Of a DNA stretch of 64,000 bases, positions 30,344 to 41,037 are shown one piece after another (the stretch's first letter is position 1; each line of letters opens with the position of its first letter). The notes under the pieces are model-generated. The model did not search any database. It saw only the letters and a program-made list of their open reading frames with translations, and was not told the origin of the DNA. A program made the position numbers and the translations under genes. Source of the stretch: an uncultured Clostridium sp. (GTDB lineage: Bacteria > Bacillota > Clostridia > TANB77 > CAG-508); contig CAMMLS010000002.1 in the NCBI GenBank assembly GCA_946497775.1, positions 50,653 to 114,652 of the forward strand, given 5' to 3'.

Positions 30344-31003
30344 TTACAATAATTTTGTATCATTTATTATTAATTCAAACCATATGTTTAAATATTTAGC
30401 TGCATATTTACTCATCATAGTTCTTTCCATAAATATTTCAAAATAGTCAAGCATTGGGCAAATATTTGTATCTATTGTTAAATCTAATGTTACTTTTCTC
30501 TGTTCACTACTTATAGTAAGCTCTGATTTTGTAACAGCATAATTTACTTTATCATGAATATCAAAACTTGCTAAATTTTGATTTCTTACTCTACTTCTAT
30601 GAACATCAGACTTATCTGCTAATATTAATGCAGCAGAAATCTCACTTACAGAATTTCCAGTGTGTTCATCATGATTTCCTATTGCCATTAAAATTTGTAT
30701 ACAATCTTCTAATGGCATTCCCATGTCTTTTAAAATATTATATGCCAAAATTGCTCCTGAATGGGCATGGTCGACTCTGTTAATACAATTTCCAATATCA
30801 TGTAAATATCCTGCTATTCTTGCAAGTTCCACTGTTTTTTCGTCATAACCCAATGTTTGTAATATATCTCCTGCTCTTTTAGATACTATTGAAATATGTC
30901 TTATTGAATGTTCTGTATATCCAAGTGCATCTAGCTGTTGCTGTGCACCTTCAACTAATTCTCTTACCTCTATATTATTTTTTACATCACTTAATGTTAT
31001 CAA
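30344..31003 (-). CDS. HD-domain phosphohydrolase
   Basis: H...HD motif (GYLHDIGN) with additional His and Asp residues. Confidence 0.7.
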   Translation of the reverse strand: MITLSDVKNNIEVRELVEGAQQQLDALGYTEHSIRHISIVSKRAGDILQTLGYDEKTVELARIAGYLHDIGNCINRVDHAHSGAILAYNILKDMGMPLEDCIQILMAIGNHDEHTGNSVSEISAALILADKSDVHRSRVRNQNLASFDIHDKVNYAVTKSELTISSEQRKVTLDLTIDTNICPMLDYFEIFMERTMMSKYAAKYLNIWFELIINDTKLL

Positions 31004-31154
31004 TTTATGCCTCCTAAAATAATCTTTTTCAATTTTATATTAAATTTCAAAAATAATCAACTATTTTTACTAAAAATTATTAGAAATTACTATTATTTAT
31101 TATATAGAGATAAATAAGGAATATGCTATTTAAAACATATTCCTTATTTATTTT

Positions 31155-32312
31155 TTATCCTTCAATTTGGTATTTTTCTTTTATCCTATTATTTACACTT
31201 TCTCTAATTAAAGCATATATAATAGATGCAATTGGAACGCCTACTGCAATTCCAGTAATTCCCCAAATAGCGCCACCTAATGTTACTGCTACCATAACCC
31301 AAATTCCTGGAAGCCCAACAGAATTTCCAACTACTTTTGGATATATAATATTTCCTTCAATTTGTTGCAGAATTATAATATAAACAACAAATCCTACTGC
31401 AAGCATTGGATTTTGAACTGCTATCAATATAAATCCAATTCCTGCTCCAATAAAAGCTCCAAATATTGGTATAAGAGCTGTAAAGCCAATTAATACAGAA
31501 ATTGTAAGAGCATATGGCATACCAAAAATTATCATACCTATAAAGCATAATATACCTAAAATACACGCTTCTGTTACTTGACCTGTTATAAATTTAGTAA
31601 AGGCAGAATTAGCTACTGTGCATACCTTTAATACCTTTTCCGCAAATTTATTTGGCAAATATGCTACCATTAACTTCTTAAACTGGTACCCCAATTTTTC
31701 TTTTTGTAATAAAATATAAACTGCAAAAATTAATCCTATAACAAAATTAGTAACACCAGTTGCAATAGAGCCCAAAATACTAATAGAAGAACTTAAAATA
31801 TTACCAGCCCAAGTTTGCAATACCTTCATAGTTTCTTGATCTATGTTATTCCAGTCTATATTAATATTTTTTATGGTATTATTAATTTCAGGATATTTAT
31901 CTAGCATATCATATAACCAATTTTGAACATCTGTTGCAATTCCTGGTATGTATGAACTTATAGAATCAATTGTACTAATTAAACCTGGTATAACCAAAAA
32001 TATAACAAAAAATATAACCGCAAACAAAATTAGCATAGATAGAAAAATTGCAAGAGGTCTTTTTACTTTAGCCAAAACTTTATTCTTCTTTTTATTTTTA
32101 AGCCATTTATTTTCAATTAAACTGACAATAACATTAAGCACAAATGCAATACATGCACCTAAAATAAATGGTTTCAAAATACTAAAAATAGAATTAACCC
32201 CTCCAAAAATTAATCCTAAATTTTGAAGCCCCCAATAAATTAAAATACCAATAAACACTATAAAAATAATTTTCTTAGTATTTTCCTTATCTAGTTTCAT
32301 ATAATCCCTCAC
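31155..32312 (-). CDS. AI-2E family transporter (PerM/UPF0118)
   Basis: 8-TM topology; C-terminal GAIWGITGIAVGVPIASIIYALIR. Confidence 0.8.
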   Translation of the reverse strand: MRDYMKLDKENTKKIIFIVFIGILIYWGLQNLGLIFGGVNSIFSILKPFILGACIAFVLNVIVSLIENKWLKNKKKNKVLAKVKRPLAIFLSMLILFAVIFFVIFLVIPGLISTIDSISSYIPGIATDVQNWLYDMLDKYPEINNTIKNINIDWNNIDQETMKVLQTWAGNILSSSISILGSIATGVTNFVIGLIFAVYILLQKEKLGYQFKKLMVAYLPNKFAEKVLKVCTVANSAFTKFITGQVTEACILGILCFIGMIIFGMPYALTISVLIGFTALIPIFGAFIGAGIGFILIAVQNPMLAVGFVVYIIILQQIEGNIIYPKVVGNSVGLPGIWVMVAVTLGGAIWGITGIAVGVPIASIIYALIRESVNNRIKEKYQIEG

Positions 32313-32372
32313 TTTTTATATATAATCAAAAAAATAAATAATAACTACACAAAAAGGCGGAAAAATCCGCCT

Positions 32373-32618
32373 TTATTTGACTCTTAAAAAATTCTGTTTC
32401 CGAAATGCCTTAATGTTTTCAACATTCATCATTCCAGTTAAAGGATTTCCAAAGTCTGTAACATGGTCCTGTGCCTTGCACATATTAATAAGATTAATGC
32501 ATTCCTCTCTTCCACATGCCTTAACATTACCATGCTCATCAAAAACCTTATTAAACTGTTCAACCATTGCCTGTAACTTTTCCATTACATAACCCTCCTT
32601 TAAACAACATCGAGTCAA
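32373..32618 (-). CDS. small Cys-containing hypothetical protein
   Basis: 81-aa ORF followed by a bidirectional terminator AAAAGGCGG-loop-CCGCCTTT at 32348-32372. Confidence 0.35.
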   Translation of the reverse strand: MTRCCLKEGYVMEKLQAMVEQFNKVFDEHGNVKACGREECINLINMCKAQDHVTDFGNPLTGMMNVENIKAFRKQNFLRVK

Positions 32619-32686
32619 TAAAAAACTGTATTAAGATTATATAACAAAATCTGGGATTTGTCAATTATTAGTAAAGCCAGACTACT

Positions 32687-33100
32687 CTATATAATCTTCC
32701 CCACATACACCTTATGGTCATCTCTTCCTATAATTATGCTTCCATCTTTATAATCCATATAAGTTCTCACATTATCTTTACTAATTGATGTAACAATATT
32801 AATTAAAAATTCAAAAAACAAATTTTTAATTTCTGAAAAAATAAGTTGTACCGTTTTTGAAATATTGTCTATTATTCTGTCAAATGTTCCTTTTTCCTCT
32901 GGTGATTCATAATACATAATTGCCGCCCCTCCATCATCCACACAGTAAATTTTACTCTCGTTATTTGTTTCATCATTTATGTCCGAAAAATAATAAACCC
33001 CAGCAATTAAACATAAAAACGCAACTATAATAGCCAGTAATATTGTAATTACAATAAGCACATTTTTCATAAAAATTCCCCTTCCATTATGAATTTTCAT
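32687..33100 (-). CDS. hypothetical membrane-anchored protein
   Basis: 137 aa with an N-terminal TM. Confidence 0.4.
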   Translation of the reverse strand: MKIHNGRGIFMKNVLIVITILLAIIVAFLCLIAGVYYFSDINDETNNESKIYCVDDGGAAIMYYESPEEKGTFDRIIDNISKTVQLIFSEIKNLFFEFLINIVTSISKDNVRTYMDYKDGSIIIGRDDHKVYVGKII

Positions 33101-33211
33101 AATTGAAATCTCATATATGTATATCGTATTATACCAGAATATTATTTTCTTGTCATCTTTATATCAATACAAAAAGAAAGAGCCTAGATAGCTCTTTCCT
33201 TACAATTTATA

Positions 33212-34246
33212 TTATTCTTGATTAACCATCTCTACTGCTTTATTTGCATAGTAGTTATTTACAATTTCATCATATGGTGCCTTTTGTTCCAATTCTCCTG
33301 CTTCTGTCATTACTGTTTGTAATCTTTCAAAAGCTTCTTCTGATAAGTATGGTGTTTCATTCCATGCATCTATATCTTTATATTTTTGCATAACTTCTGT
33401 TAGAACTTCCAAATCTGTATCTGGGAAGAAATCAGCAATAGCTTTTGCTACATCTTCTGCGGAATTATTCTTTACCCATTGTTGACCTTTATAAATTGCA
33501 TTTACAAATCTTTGAATTAGATCTGAATTTTCCTCTATATAGCTTTTTTTAGCAAAATATGCTGTATATGGTATTTCTCCTGCTGCTTCACCTACTGAGG
33601 CAACAACATATCCTTTACCTGCACTTTCTACTTGTGAAGCAGTTGGCTCAAACAAAGTTACAAAATCTGCATTACCAGCAGAAAATGCACCTGCCATTAA
33701 ATCGAATTTTATACTATCATCTAAAACTGCCTCTGTCTCTGGGTTTAGTCCATTTTGTTTAAGCACATATTCAAAAGTCATATATGGTACTCCACCTTTT
33801 CTTCCTGGAATTATTGTTTTACCTTTTAAATCTGTCCATTCAAAATCTGGTCTTTCCTCTCTACTTACTAAAAAAGAACCATCTCTTTTAGTTAATTGAG
33901 CAAACACCTGTGTAAAATCTTCTTTTCCTTCATTATATACATAAATTGAAGCTTCTGGTCCTGCAAAACCAATATCACATTGATTTGAAAGAACTGCTGT
34001 CATAACCTGGTCTGCACCTTGACCTGTTGTAATTTCTACTTCTATTCCATTTTCTTCAAAATATCCATTTGTAATTGCAGCATACTGTGGTGCATAAAAT
34101 ACAGAACGTGCCACCTCGTTTACTTTAACTTTTGTAAGTTCTTCGCCTTCATTTTCATTTGTATTATTCATATTAGCAATTATTCCAGCTACCACTCCTG
34201 CAATAACAAGAACTATAATAATTGCATATATAACATATTTTTTCAA
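33212..34246 (-). CDS. ABC transporter substrate-binding protein, NMT1/SsuA-like
   Basis: Signal anchor plus NMT1/THI5-like fold (VFYAPQYAAITNGYF...). Confidence 0.8.
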   Translation of the reverse strand: MKKYVIYAIIIVLVIAGVVAGIIANMNNTNENEGEELTKVKVNEVARSVFYAPQYAAITNGYFEENGIEVEITTGQGADQVMTAVLSNQCDIGFAGPEASIYVYNEGKEDFTQVFAQLTKRDGSFLVSREERPDFEWTDLKGKTIIPGRKGGVPYMTFEYVLKQNGLNPETEAVLDDSIKFDLMAGAFSAGNADFVTLFEPTASQVESAGKGYVVASVGEAAGEIPYTAYFAKKSYIEENSDLIQRFVNAIYKGQQWVKNNSAEDVAKAIADFFPDTDLEVLTEVMQKYKDIDAWNETPYLSEEAFERLQTVMTEAGELEQKAPYDEIVNNYYANKAVEMVNQE

Positions 34247-34250
34247 ATTA

Positions 34251-35064
34251 TTCCCCCCTATTTACTTTGTTTTTAACAACTAATTTTTCTAGCAATACAA
34301 CAGATTGATATAAAACAGTTGCTAGAATTGCTAAAATAATTACACTAGCCATAACTAGGTCTAATTTAAATACTTGACCTCCATAAACAATTAAGTATCC
34401 GAAGTCCTCCTTTTGAAACAAGAAATTCTCCTGTAATTACACCTACTAGTGATAATCCTATGTTTATTTTTAGTGAATTAAAAAATGTTGAAATATTTGC
34501 TGGTATTACAATTTTAGTTAATACCTGCCACTTTGTGCTATTAAAACTCTTAGCCATTTTAATTTTTTCTTTATCCGTATTTTTAAATCCATTAGAAATT
34601 TCCAAAATTGTTACAATTAAAGAAATTGCAAGCCCCATAACAATTATTGCTGGCATTCCTGAACCAACCCATACAATTATTACTGGTCCAAGTGCCGTTT
34701 TTGGTAAACTATTTAAAATTACTAAAAATGGATCAAATACTTTTGAAAGAAAATTTGACCACCATAAAATAATTGCGATAATTATTCCAAGTACAGCTCC
34801 TGATAAAAATCCTACAATTGTTTCAAAACACGTAATTCCTATATGTGTTAATAATCCATTTGACGATAAATTTACCAAGGTCTCCCAAATTCTAGATGGT
34901 TGGCTCATTATAAAACTATCAATAATTTTGGCATTTGCTAAAACTTCCCATAAAATAATTAATCCAAGAACTAATGCAATTTGTACTACAATTACTGATA
35001 TTTTATCTTTTTTTAACTTTCGTAGATATTTTTTTCTATCATTTGATATGTTTTCATTTTTCAT
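34251..35064 (-). CDS. ABC transporter permease (SsuC/TauC-like), 3' end frameshifted near 34436-34445
   Basis: The ORF ends ...GEFLVSKGGLRILNCLWRSSI*. The alternative frame continues ...GYLIVYGGQVFKLDLVMASVIILAILATVLY... to a stop about 34251. Confidence 0.75.
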
Positions 35065-35826
35065 TAATCACCAAGCTCCTTCCATAATGTATCAAAATAT
35101 TTGCTAAATTTAGGGCTTTCTCTGCAATTTAGTGGTGTTCTATTTGGTATATCAAACTCTATGTTGTGTATATTTTTAATTTTGGCAGGTCTTTGACTAA
35201 GTACAATTACTCTATCTGACATACTTATTGCTTCTGATATATCATGTGTAACCATTAATGCAGTTATGTTTTCGGCTTTTAAAATGTTATATATATCTTT
35301 TGTAACATTAATTCTAGTTTGATAATCTAATGCCGAAAAAGCTTCGTCTAATAATAATATTTTTGGTCTAACAGCAAGTGTTCTAATTAGTGCAACTCTT
35401 TGCCTCATTCCTCCTGATAGTTGAGCTGGGTATTTGTCTTTAAAATCGTATAAATCATATTTTTTAAGTAGTTTGTTTACATATTCTATATTTTCTTTAT
35501 TTTTTATATGTCTAATTTCTAGCCCAAGCATAACGTTTTTATAAATAGTTCTCCATTCAAGCAGATTATCTTTTTGTAACATATAGCCCATTTTAGGTGA
35601 AATTCCATCTATTTTTTCTCCGCTGTATATATACTTCTCCTTCTGTTTTTTCCTCTAACCCTGCAATTATAGATAAAAGAGTAGATTTCCCACACCCACT
35701 TGGTCCAATTATGCTCACAAATTCTCCTTCACTTACTGTAAAGCTTATATTGTCTAGTGCATTTATTTCTCCATTTTTAGCTTGATATTTTTTACTTATA
35801 TTCTTTATTTTTAAAACCTCTTTCAA
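35064..35826 (-). CDS. ABC transporter ATP-binding protein, split by a frameshift in an A6 run near 35595-35605
   Basis: ORF1 carries Walker [10 protein letters not shown]; ORF2 carries LSGGMRQR and Walker [12 protein letters not shown]. The alternative frame reads [14 protein letters not shown] across the junction. Confidence 0.8.
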
Positions 35827-36050
35827 CTTGAAACCTCCTATAATTTATCATAGTACATTTTATGTATATTTTAGATAAATTGTTACGTTTCAAATAACAT
35901 TATGTTTACTTTAAAGCGATAATATGATATAATTGTTGCAATATTTGTTTAGTAGCTTTGTTGGCAATTGCATTCAGAGCTATTATTGAAATATAATACA
36001 TTGAAAGGAGTTATATATTAACTAATTTATTCCAAAAGGGGGATTCATCT

Positions 36051-36425
36051 ATGGTTCCAAAGCGTTATTTATGCCCTATTTGTGGAAATTGGCATGATTG
36101 GCAATCTGTTCAAAATTTAAAGCAATTTCAGTCTAGTCGCAATAGTCCAATTACTTTGCCTTGCACTGCTGAGACAAATGGTAGATATTTCAATTCATAT
36201 ATTAAATATTATTTTGAATATGGTTTTTTCAAATATGAAATATCTAAATTTATTGAAGGAAACCGTTTAGTAATTACCGGTAAATATCCTGAAAAATATG
36301 TTTTTTCAAATTTGAGAAATAATAATTTTAAAAAATGTATTATTTATATTCCAGCTAATTGGTTTCAATTAGGTAAATTAGATTTTAATGAAGATAAAAC
36401 CTTACCATTTGGTTTTAAATTTTAA
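36051..36425 (+). CDS. hypothetical protein with an N-terminal CxxC zinc-ribbon-like motif
   Basis: 124 aa, followed by a terminator at 36455-36490 (AAAGAGACCTT-loop-AAGGTCTCTTTT). Confidence 0.4.
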   Translation: MVPKRYLCPICGNWHDWQSVQNLKQFQSSRNSPITLPCTAETNGRYFNSYIKYYFEYGFFKYEISKFIEGNRLVITGKYPEKYVFSNLRNNNFKKCIIYIPANWFQLGKLDFNEDKTLPFGFKF

Positions 36426-36527
36426 ATTTATAAAATATAACTTTTAATGTATTGTATTTAAAGAGACCTTCCAAATTAAGGTCTCTTTTACTTTACTTTT
36501 CTTTGTTTTTTAAGTATAATTAATATT

Positions 36528-37418
36528 ATGAAAAAATTAGTTGTTAATAAAAAATATGATGGCAAAAAAATTGTAAATTTTTTGCTTGGAGAATTTAATA
36601 ATTTAAAGCAAAGCAGCATTTATAAAGCTCTTAGAAAAAAAGATATTATAGTAAATGATAAAAGAATTAATGAAAATATAGTTGTTCATACTGGGGATTT
36701 AATAACTATCTATATCACAGACGAGCAATTATATGGTATGCAAATTAAATTAGATATTGTTTATGAAGATGAAAATATATTAATTGTAAATAAACCTGCT
36801 GGAATTGCTGTTACAGAAAGTACACTAAATGAGCAAACTCTATACATGCTAGTTAGAGATTACTGCAAAATGGCAATGCCATGCCATAGGCTTGATAGAA
36901 ACACTTGTGGTTTAGTTATATTTGCTAAAAATGGTACTTCACGAGAAATTATAATGGAAAAATTTAGACTAAGAGAAATTGATAAATATTATGTTTGTAT
37001 TGTATATGGTATGCCTTATGAAAATGAAAAAAGATTACAGGCATATTTATTTAAAGATAATAAAAAATCTACTGTATATATTTCAGATATTCCCAAACCT
37101 GGCTATCTAACAATTATTACGCAATACAAATTACTATCTTGTAATAAAGAAAAAAATATCTCTTTACTTGAAATAAAGCTTGAAACAGGTAGAACTCATC
37201 AAATAAGGGCTCATTTAGCACATATTGGTTACCCTATTATTGGAGATGGCAAATATGGAGTAAATAAAATAAACAAAAATTTTAATGCTAAGGCTCAATA
37301 CTTAACAAGTTATAAAATGATATTTAATTTTAAAACAGATGCTGGTATATTAAACTATTTAAATGGAAAAGAATTCTCTATTTCATTTGAAAATTATACA
37401 AAATTACTTTTAGATTGA
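36528..37418 (+). CDS. RluA-family 23S rRNA pseudouridine synthase (RluD/YlyB-like) with an N-terminal S4 domain
   Basis: HRLDRNTCGLVIFAKN catalytic motif. Confidence 0.85.
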   Translation: MKKLVVNKKYDGKKIVNFLLGEFNNLKQSSIYKALRKKDIIVNDKRINENIVVHTGDLITIYITDEQLYGMQIKLDIVYEDENILIVNKPAGIAVTESTLNEQTLYMLVRDYCKMAMPCHRLDRNTCGLVIFAKNGTSREIIMEKFRLREIDKYYVCIVYGMPYENEKRLQAYLFKDNKKSTVYISDIPKPGYLTIITQYKLLSCNKEKNISLLEIKLETGRTHQIRAHLAHIGYPIIGDGKYGVNKINKNFNAKAQYLTSYKMIFNFKTDAGILNYLNGKEFSISFENYTKLLLD

Positions 37419-37531
37419 CAAAATGTATGTAGGATTATATAATAATTCTGCATATTTTTTATGTGAAAAAACATTTATTTATGTTTTTCAATTCATATGA
37501 ATCTTTTTAGGCTTATAAGGAGGGTACTACT

Positions 37532-38641
37532 ATGGAAAAAAAGATTTACAAATTTGTTTTAACTGGTGGTCCTTGTGCTGGTAAAACTACTGCACTTAGC
37601 ACAATCAACAATGTTTTTACTCAAAAAGGCTATACTGTTTTAATTATTCCAGAAACAGCAACTGAAATAATTTTAAGTGGTGTTCACCCTTGGGATAATT
37701 CACGGCAGTCCATTATGGACTTTGAGTATGCAATTACTGCAAAGCAAATTTTAAAAGAAGATTTGTATGAAAAAATTATAAAAACTATTCCAAATGATAA
37801 AATTCTTGTAATCTACGACAGAGGCATTATGGATGCAGCTGCATTCTTGCCTGGCGAAAATTTCAGTGATTTCCTTTCTCAATTCTCATTAACCAAAGCT
37901 ACTGCAATGTCAAGATATGATGCTGTTTTTCACTTAGTAACAGCCGCTAATGGGGCAATAGAGTTTTATACTCTTGCGAACAATTTAGCTCGGTCTGAAA
38001 CTCCAAAACAAGCAATTTTGGCTGATAATAGGACAATAAATGCTTGGAATGGTCACCCTCATTTTAGGGTTATAGATAACAGCACAGATTTTGCTGGAAA
38101 ATTAAACCGGCTTATTGCAGAAATATGCTCTTGTATTGGCGAACCTGTTCCCATTGAAGGTGAACGTAAATTCTTAATTGAATACCCAGATTTGGACTTT
38201 ATTTCGAAGCAGGTTAGCACTACTTGTTTAGATATTGTTCAAACATATCTGTGTTCTACTAAGCCAGATATAGAAAGGCGTATTCGCCAGAGAGGTATTG
38301 GTAATGATTTCACTTATTATTATACCGAAAAAAGGTATTTTGAAGGTGGCAAAAGAATTGAGTTTGAGAAAAAGATTTCTGTAAAAGAATATTTACAGCT
38401 TTCATTAGAAGCAGACACTTCTTTACATCAAATTATAAAGAAGAGATATTGCTTTATTTATGAAAATCAGTATTTCGAATTGGATATTTATCCGTTTTCT
38501 GATACTCATGCTATTTTGGAAATCGAATTGACTGGAATTACTCGTGAAGTTATACTTCCTGAGTTTATAAAAGTTGTTAAAGATGTAACGCTTGATCCTC
38601 GTTACAAGAATTATACTTTGGCAAAATTAGGTTCTTTATAA
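37532..38641 (+). CDS. P-loop ATPase (AAA_28/NadR-kinase-like) fused to a C-terminal CYTH-like domain
   Basis: Walker A LTGGPCAGKTT. The C-terminal half begins EGERKFLIEYPDL (a CYTH ExK opener) and ends ILEIELTGITRE. Confidence 0.55.
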   Translation: MEKKIYKFVLTGGPCAGKTTALSTINNVFTQKGYTVLIIPETATEIILSGVHPWDNSRQSIMDFEYAITAKQILKEDLYEKIIKTIPNDKILVIYDRGIMDAAAFLPGENFSDFLSQFSLTKATAMSRYDAVFHLVTAANGAIEFYTLANNLARSETPKQAILADNRTINAWNGHPHFRVIDNSTDFAGKLNRLIAEICSCIGEPVPIEGERKFLIEYPDLDFISKQVSTTCLDIVQTYLCSTKPDIERRIRQRGIGNDFTYYYTEKRYFEGGKRIEFEKKISVKEYLQLSLEADTSLHQIIKKRYCFIYENQYFELDIYPFSDTHAILEIELTGITREVILPEFIKVVKDVTLDPRYKNYTLAKLGSL

Positions 38642-38684
38642 TTTTAAAAAAGCCAGCTCATATGAACTGGCTTTTACTTTTATA

Positions 38685-39200
38685 TTATTCAGCTTTGTTT
38701 TCTTCTGCTGGTGTTACTTCTGCAACTTTTTCTACAACTTCCTCTTTAACTGTATCCATTGTTTCTACTGCTTCTGTAACAGGTGCTTCTTCTAAGGCTT
38801 CCTCTGTTTCTGGAACTAAATCTTCTTTTAAAGTTACTTCCTTAGTTTCAATTCTAGCTCCTACTTTTTCCTTAGTCTTAGCAGATTTTCCTACTCTGTC
38901 TCTTAGGTAGTATAGCTTAGCTCTTCTTGCTTTACCAACTCTTACAACCTCAACTTTTTCTGTTGATGGAGCATGTAATAAGAATGTTTTTTCAACACCT
39001 ACACCATAAGAAATTCTTCTTACTGTAAATGTTTCGTTTAATCCTCCACCTTGTTTTTTAATAATAATTCCTTCAAATACTTGAATTCTTTCTCTGTTAC
39101 CTTCTTTAATTTTAACATGAACTCTTACTGTATCTCCAACTTTTAGCATTGGAACTTTGCTTTTTAGTTGTTCATGTTCAATTGATTTTATGATATCCAT
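38685..39200 (-). CDS. rplS: 50S ribosomal protein L19 with a ~55-aa acidic C-terminal extension
   Basis: Canonical L19 core (…[22 protein letters not shown]...), then [54 protein letters not shown]. Confidence 0.9.
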   Translation of the reverse strand: MDIIKSIEHEQLKSKVPMLKVGDTVRVHVKIKEGNRERIQVFEGIIIKKQGGGLNETFTVRRISYGVGVEKTFLLHAPSTEKVEVVRVGKARRAKLYYLRDRVGKSAKTKEKVGARIETKEVTLKEDLVPETEEALEEAPVTEAVETMDTVKEEVVEKVAEVTPAEENKAE

Positions 39201-39233
39201 TTAAATTTTCCTCCTTCCAAATAAAATTTTCTT

Positions 39234-39951
39234 TTATTTGCTATTTTTCATTAATTCTAGATTTAATTTATCCTCATCAGATAAATTGTTTTCTTGGATT
39301 AGGTCAGGTCGTTTAAGCAAGGTAATTCTTAAAGCCTCTTTCCTTCTCCATTTTTCAATGTTTTTGTGATGTCCGAGTAAGTAGTACTTCTGGAACTTTT
39401 TTATCCAAAAATATTTCTGGTCTTGTATATTGTGGATATTCTAGCAGACCTTCTGAAAAAGTTTCTTCTTCAATAGATTCACTGCTTAGTACTCCTTCAA
39501 CATATCTTGATACAGAGTCAATTAAAACCATTGCAGGAAGTTCTCCTCCGGTTAATACATAATCGCCTATTGATATTTCTTCATCAACTATTTTATCTAT
39601 TACCCTTTGATCAATTCCTTCGTAATGTCCACACAGAATTACAAGCTCTTTTTCTTGTGCTAATTCTTTTACTTTTGCTTGTGTAAGAGTTTTTCCTTGT
39701 GGAGACATATATATAACTTTTCCTTTATTTTTTAAAGAAGAATATGCATCGTAAACTACATCTGGTCTTATAAGCATTCCTGCTCCTCCACCATAGGGTG
39801 TATCATCAACCTTTTTGTGTTTATCTTTTGAAAAATCTCTAATATTAATTAATTCTATTTCTATTAGTTTTTTTTCCTCTGCTCTTCCTAAAATACTCGA
39901 TTTTAAAGAGTTAAACATTTCAGGGAAAAGTGTTAATACACTAAATTTCAT
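39234..39951 (-). CDS. trmD: tRNA (guanine37-N1)-methyltransferase, frameshifted near 39365-39372
   Basis: The ORF ends ...[12 protein letters not shown]. The alternative frame continues [29 protein letters not shown]... to a stop at 39234. Confidence 0.9.
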
Positions 39952-39955
39952 GTAT

Positions 39956-40459
39956 TTATACTCCTTGATTTATATCTACTACGATTTTTCCTTGCTCTAT
40001 ATCTATTTCTTTAATAACTTTTGATATTGCAGGTAGTAAAACTTGTTTTCTATCTTCTAATTCTACAACATAAACATCATTACTTCCCGTAGGGAAAATA
40101 TCTTTTAAAACACCTATTTTATTATTTTCTAGATTATAAACATCTAGTCCTATTAAGTCTGCTATAAAATATGTATCCTTTTCTAATTTCTTAGCATCTT
40201 TTCTACTTATTTTTAAATAGCAACCTTTATATTTTTCAGCATCATTTATATTATCAATGCCTTCAAATTTTAGTCTTACTAGGTTTTTAATAAATTTAAC
40301 CTCTTGTATTTTGCACTCTATTAATTGATTTTTAAAATCAATATAAACTGATTTAAGAGATTTAAACCTGTTTATGTCATCTGTAAATGGAACAACTTTT
40401 ACATGCCCTCTTAATCCATGAGTATTAACTATTTGACCTACTTCTAAATATTCTTGCAT
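39956..40459 (-). CDS. rimM: 16S rRNA processing protein RimM
   Basis: VGQIVNTHGLRGHVKV motif; operon position. Confidence 0.9.
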   Translation of the reverse strand: MQEYLEVGQIVNTHGLRGHVKVVPFTDDINRFKSLKSVYIDFKNQLIECKIQEVKFIKNLVRLKFEGIDNINDAEKYKGCYLKISRKDAKKLEKDTYFIADLIGLDVYNLENNKIGVLKDIFPTGSNDVYVVELEDRKQVLLPAISKVIKEIDIEQGKIVVDINQGV

Positions 40460-40476
40460 ACAAATATTCCTTTTAA

Positions 40477-40707
40477 TTAATCTATAAATTCTACTGTTAC
40501 TCTTTTATCTTCTTTTGCTGCTACTGCTTTTATAATTGTTCTTATAGCCTTAGCAACCTTTCCTTCTTTACCAATAACTTTGCCCATATCTTTCTCTGCA
40601 ACTCTTATTTCAAATACAATAGATTGTTCTCCTTGTACTTCATTTATAGAGATAGCTTCTGGTTCTGAAACTAAGTTTCTAATTACTGTTTCTAATATTT
40701 CTTTCAT
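40477..40707 (-). CDS. KH-domain RNA-binding protein (YlqC/UPF0109)
   Basis: 76 aa with a GKVIGKEGK motif, lying between rpsP and rimM. Confidence 0.8.
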   Translation of the reverse strand: MKEILETVIRNLVSEPEAISINEVQGEQSIVFEIRVAEKDMGKVIGKEGKVAKAIRTIIKAVAAKEDKRVTVEFID

Positions 40708-40753
40708 GTATCTTCATCCTTCCTTAATTTTTAAATCTTCATTTTAAATTTCT

Positions 40754-40987
40754 TTAATTTGCTTTTTCTATTAAAGCTTTAACTGTATCAGTTGGTTTTG
40801 CACCATTTTTTATCCATTTTTCAACTTTTTCTTTATCTAATTTTATTTCAGATGGTTCTGTCATTGGGTTATATGTTCCTAATTGTTCAATTATTTTTCC
40901 ATCTCTTGGAGATCTAGAATCAGCTACAACAATGTGATAGAAAGGAGCTTTTTTAGCACCAACTCTTTTTAATCTTATTTTTACCAT
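40754..40987 (-). CDS. rpsP: 30S ribosomal protein S16
   Basis: [30 protein letters not shown]. Confidence 0.9.
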   Translation of the reverse strand: MVKIRLKRVGAKKAPFYHIVVADSRSPRDGKIIEQLGTYNPMTEPSEIKLDKEKVEKWIKNGAKPTDTVKALIEKAN

Positions 40988-41037
40988 AATATTCACCTCC
41001 TACAAATGCGTTGTTTTGTATATATTTTATTTAAATA

